From the NCBI GenBank assembly GCA_013239625.1, contig MU054001.1:6311078-6375077 (forward strand): a DNA stretch of 64,000 nt. Reading direction: 5' to 3'. Shown one piece after another: positions 61,283 through 64,000 of the stretch. The position numbers and the translations under genes were made by a program. Position 1 is the stretch's first letter. Each line of letters opens with the position of its first letter. This DNA is from Lama guanicoe (taxonomy: Eukaryota). Under the pieces are notes generated by a model that ran no database searches, was not told the origin of the DNA, and saw only the letters and a program-made list of their open reading frames with translations.

Positions 61283-62369
61283 AGTATAGAGGCTGGAAAA
61301 AGAAACACATGCTTTCCCCACCTGCCTGCTCAGCAGGAGGTGGCCCTACAACAGCTCTGACCAATAAGGCACAGCAGAGGTGTGGGGAGCTTCAGGAAGG
61401 CTTTTGATGTTTCTGATTAAAATGGGCTACTTCTGATAACAAGTAGCTAATACACCACTTTTATCAGCTTTCTCCCTTCCTTTTGCTTTGATGTCAGTAG
61501 TTAGAGCAGCCATTTTGAGATGATGAAAAAAGAGAAACTAACAGACCAAGAAGCTAACTCTCTCCAGCACTGCATTGCACGAGCACGTTTTCAGTGAAGC
61601 CCCTGTAGTAATGCCAACAGACACAGGATGAATTAGTCTAACATTTCGTAATGAACTATAATTATAGAAGGGCTAGGATGAAAGATAAATTCCAGTTATT
61701 CATGTGACAAGCTTTATTAAAGGTGACAACCTTAAATTTATTCAGTAACAGCCATATATCCAACAAAAATTACAAAAGTGTTTCCACATAATTACTTGAG
61801 AGTTTTCTGTTAGTTTTTTGAAAAGTCAAAGATACTACTTTGGACATAAGTAAAAATTCACTGATTGTGGAATCAATGAAGTGACAAGCAATCTCAAGGT
61901 AAATACCTGAATTCTAAGAATATACTGTTCAAAAATGGGCATAAATATTCAGCAAAACATCATTTATAATAGTATTACTATTATAAAAGAAACATGATGT
62001 CCAAGCAAAGGCTTGGCTTGGAACAAGTGTTTACTAAACACCTGAGGATGAATGGATAGTAGGCAATCAGTTGCATATTTCTGGTACAGAATCTCAGAAA
62101 GCCATTAAACATGCTGTTACACAGACGTTTAAATGTGACAAAATGGTTGCATAATGTTCAACTTTTTTTTTAATTGAAGTATAATTGATTACATCATTAT
62201 ATAACTTTCAGGATGACAAAGTATTTTTTTAAATGCAGTTAAAAAACACATTAAGACTCCTAGGTTAGCCAACCTTATAGAAAGACTAAATTACAGGATA
62301 AAAGGCTGTTGGGTGGGGGTCAGGGGTATAAACAGAAAGTAACACTAAAAATAACTAGAAATGGAAATT

Positions 62370-64000
62370 CAAATCAGAATAGCAAAGACCTCAAAAAATC
62401 CAGTCATCCCTAAAAGCAATGCAAATACAGATAAAAATCATGAAAATCAACTTTAAGAGATTTGGAAATTAAACAAGAGATTGCAACAATGCAAGGAGCA
62501 TTTAATCAAGAAAAATGACTGAAGTCTCAGTTAAGTAGAGAAAGCTTTGGAATGAATTAAATTGCCTTATTTCTTATCCCCTCTCCCCTGCTCTGTTGCA
62601 GCCTCATAATAGTCATGAAAATTAGACTAAAAGCCATTGGAAAGGACAAAACAGGTTTGGAACTTCCCCCAAATCACCATCTTAGCAAATTGTCTGAAAA
62701 ATACTTTTTGAACTGTCTGACAGTTTCTTACAATGTGTACAATGCACACAGCCTTTTCCCTAGTCATTTACTGAAAACAATCAATGGCAACTATTTAATA
62801 CTGCAGCTGTCTAAAAAATTTCTTTTTAAAAGATGAGGAATGAGATGTACATAGGGTGCTTTGAAAATCTCCAACATATTCCTGGGAAGCCAGAAGGCTA
62901 GGTACAATTGTAGAGTTGTATCCACAACTGACACACATAATCTTACACCTGTGGCTGAACTTGAGGCTCTGCAAAAGCAGGAAGTGAAGGGGAAAGGAGA
63001 GTTATATACTACCTGTGAGAACTTTCATGTGACAGCCCAAAATATACAGAGATAACCTTGGGAAAGGCTAGGAGACTTATTCATTCAAAACATTTAAGTA
63101 TATTATTGTCCAACCATTAACTGAATTGAGTAACACATCAATGACCACATACAACACAAAATTTACAGAAATTTTCAGGGAAGACACTAAACAAATAACA
63201 CAAGCACAACATTGACAACACCACACCTTAGAGAAGGGGGATATGACTTCTAGAGTTGACAGATGCCTTTTAACAACAACAACAAAAATGAACATGTAGA
63301 GAAATAAAAATTATGGCTCATACATCTGAATAAAAAAAATCGACAGAAACTGTCCTTGATAAAACCTAGACATTGGACTTGTACCTTAGATCACCTATGT
63401 TAAATATGCCCAAAGAGCTCCAGGAAAGCATGTATAAAGAACTAAAGATGAGAATAACAATTCACCAAACACGGAGAGTCAACAAAGAGATACAAATTAT
63501 AATTCTCCAGTCACCATGCAATAAAATAATAAATCAATAACAGAGGAAAATTAGGGAAATTGGCCAATATATGAAAATGAAACAATACACTGCTAAATAA
63601 CCAGTGGGTCAAAGAAGACATCACAAGGAAAATTAGCAAATACACTAAGATGAATGAATATAAAACCATAACGTAACAAAAATAATAGGATGCAGTGAGC
63701 AGGCTGTAGAGAGAAATTTATAACTACAAATGCCTAAGTTTGAAAAGCACCATTTTCTTGAATTAATAATCTAAACTTCTACCTTAAGAAACTTGAAAAA
63801 TAAGAGCAAAATAAACCCATACAAAGCAGAAGGAGATAATAAAGACTACAGAGGAAATAAAACAGAGAACAAAAAATGGTAGAGAAAATCAATGAAATCA
63901 AAAGCTGATTCTTTGAAAACATCAATAAAACTGATAAACTGACCAAGAAAAGAAGGAGCTATGATTCCAATTACTAAAATAAAGAATGAAAGAGAATTCA
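62370..64000 (+). mobile_element. Old L1 remnants (5' region and early ORF2), running off the window
   Basis: ORF2-like ctaaataaccagtgggtcaaagaagacatcacaagg and aatcaatgaaatcaaaagctgattctttgaaaa, similar to 22130-22500. The left boundary is approximate. Confidence 0.7.

Noticed and set aside
53177..64000. Preceding PHKB exon (expected to end ...LQIIYNTDE)
   Set aside because: Not found. It is presumed to lie beyond the right edge.
1..64000. CRISPR arrays, operons, intact viral genes or horizontally acquired DNA
   Set aside because: No regularly spaced repeat-spacer array, long non-L1 ORF or compositional island was seen. The LTRs appear solo, without gag/pol/env.

Overview
AT-rich mammalian genomic DNA, most likely a camelid: two tRNA-derived SINEs resemble the camelid-specific vic-1 family. 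The whole window lies inside PHKB (phosphorylase kinase beta subunit), transcribed on the minus strand. Eight consecutive internal coding exons were read directly, all GT-AG: 53061-53176, 46229-46292, 40542-40637, 39413-39610, 36881-36938, 36269-36346, 34154-34312 and 21784-21878. They correspond to exons 7-14 of the human canonical transcript, numbered from memory. They splice into an uninterrupted 864-nt, 288-codon frame ([26 protein letters not shown]...NVSMRFSNQ) from the N-terminal glucoamylase(GH15)-like region. The rest is intron, rich in old L1, L2, MIR, ERV/MaLR LTRs and MER DNA transposons. It also holds three young L1 3' ends with target-site duplications (TSDs), microsatellites and one 57-N gap. 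No prokaryotic-type or clearly novel multi-gene system is supported. The most unusual signals are a perfect in-frame 156-bp tandem duplication in a nested young L1, an old inverted duplication spanning an LTR boundary, a candidate 39-nt in-frame cassette exon, inverted young L1 copies bracketing a stop-free 684-nt exon block, and a mutation-prone stretch in exon 13. Repeat subfamily names were recognised by eye and need Dfam/RepeatMasker confirmation.
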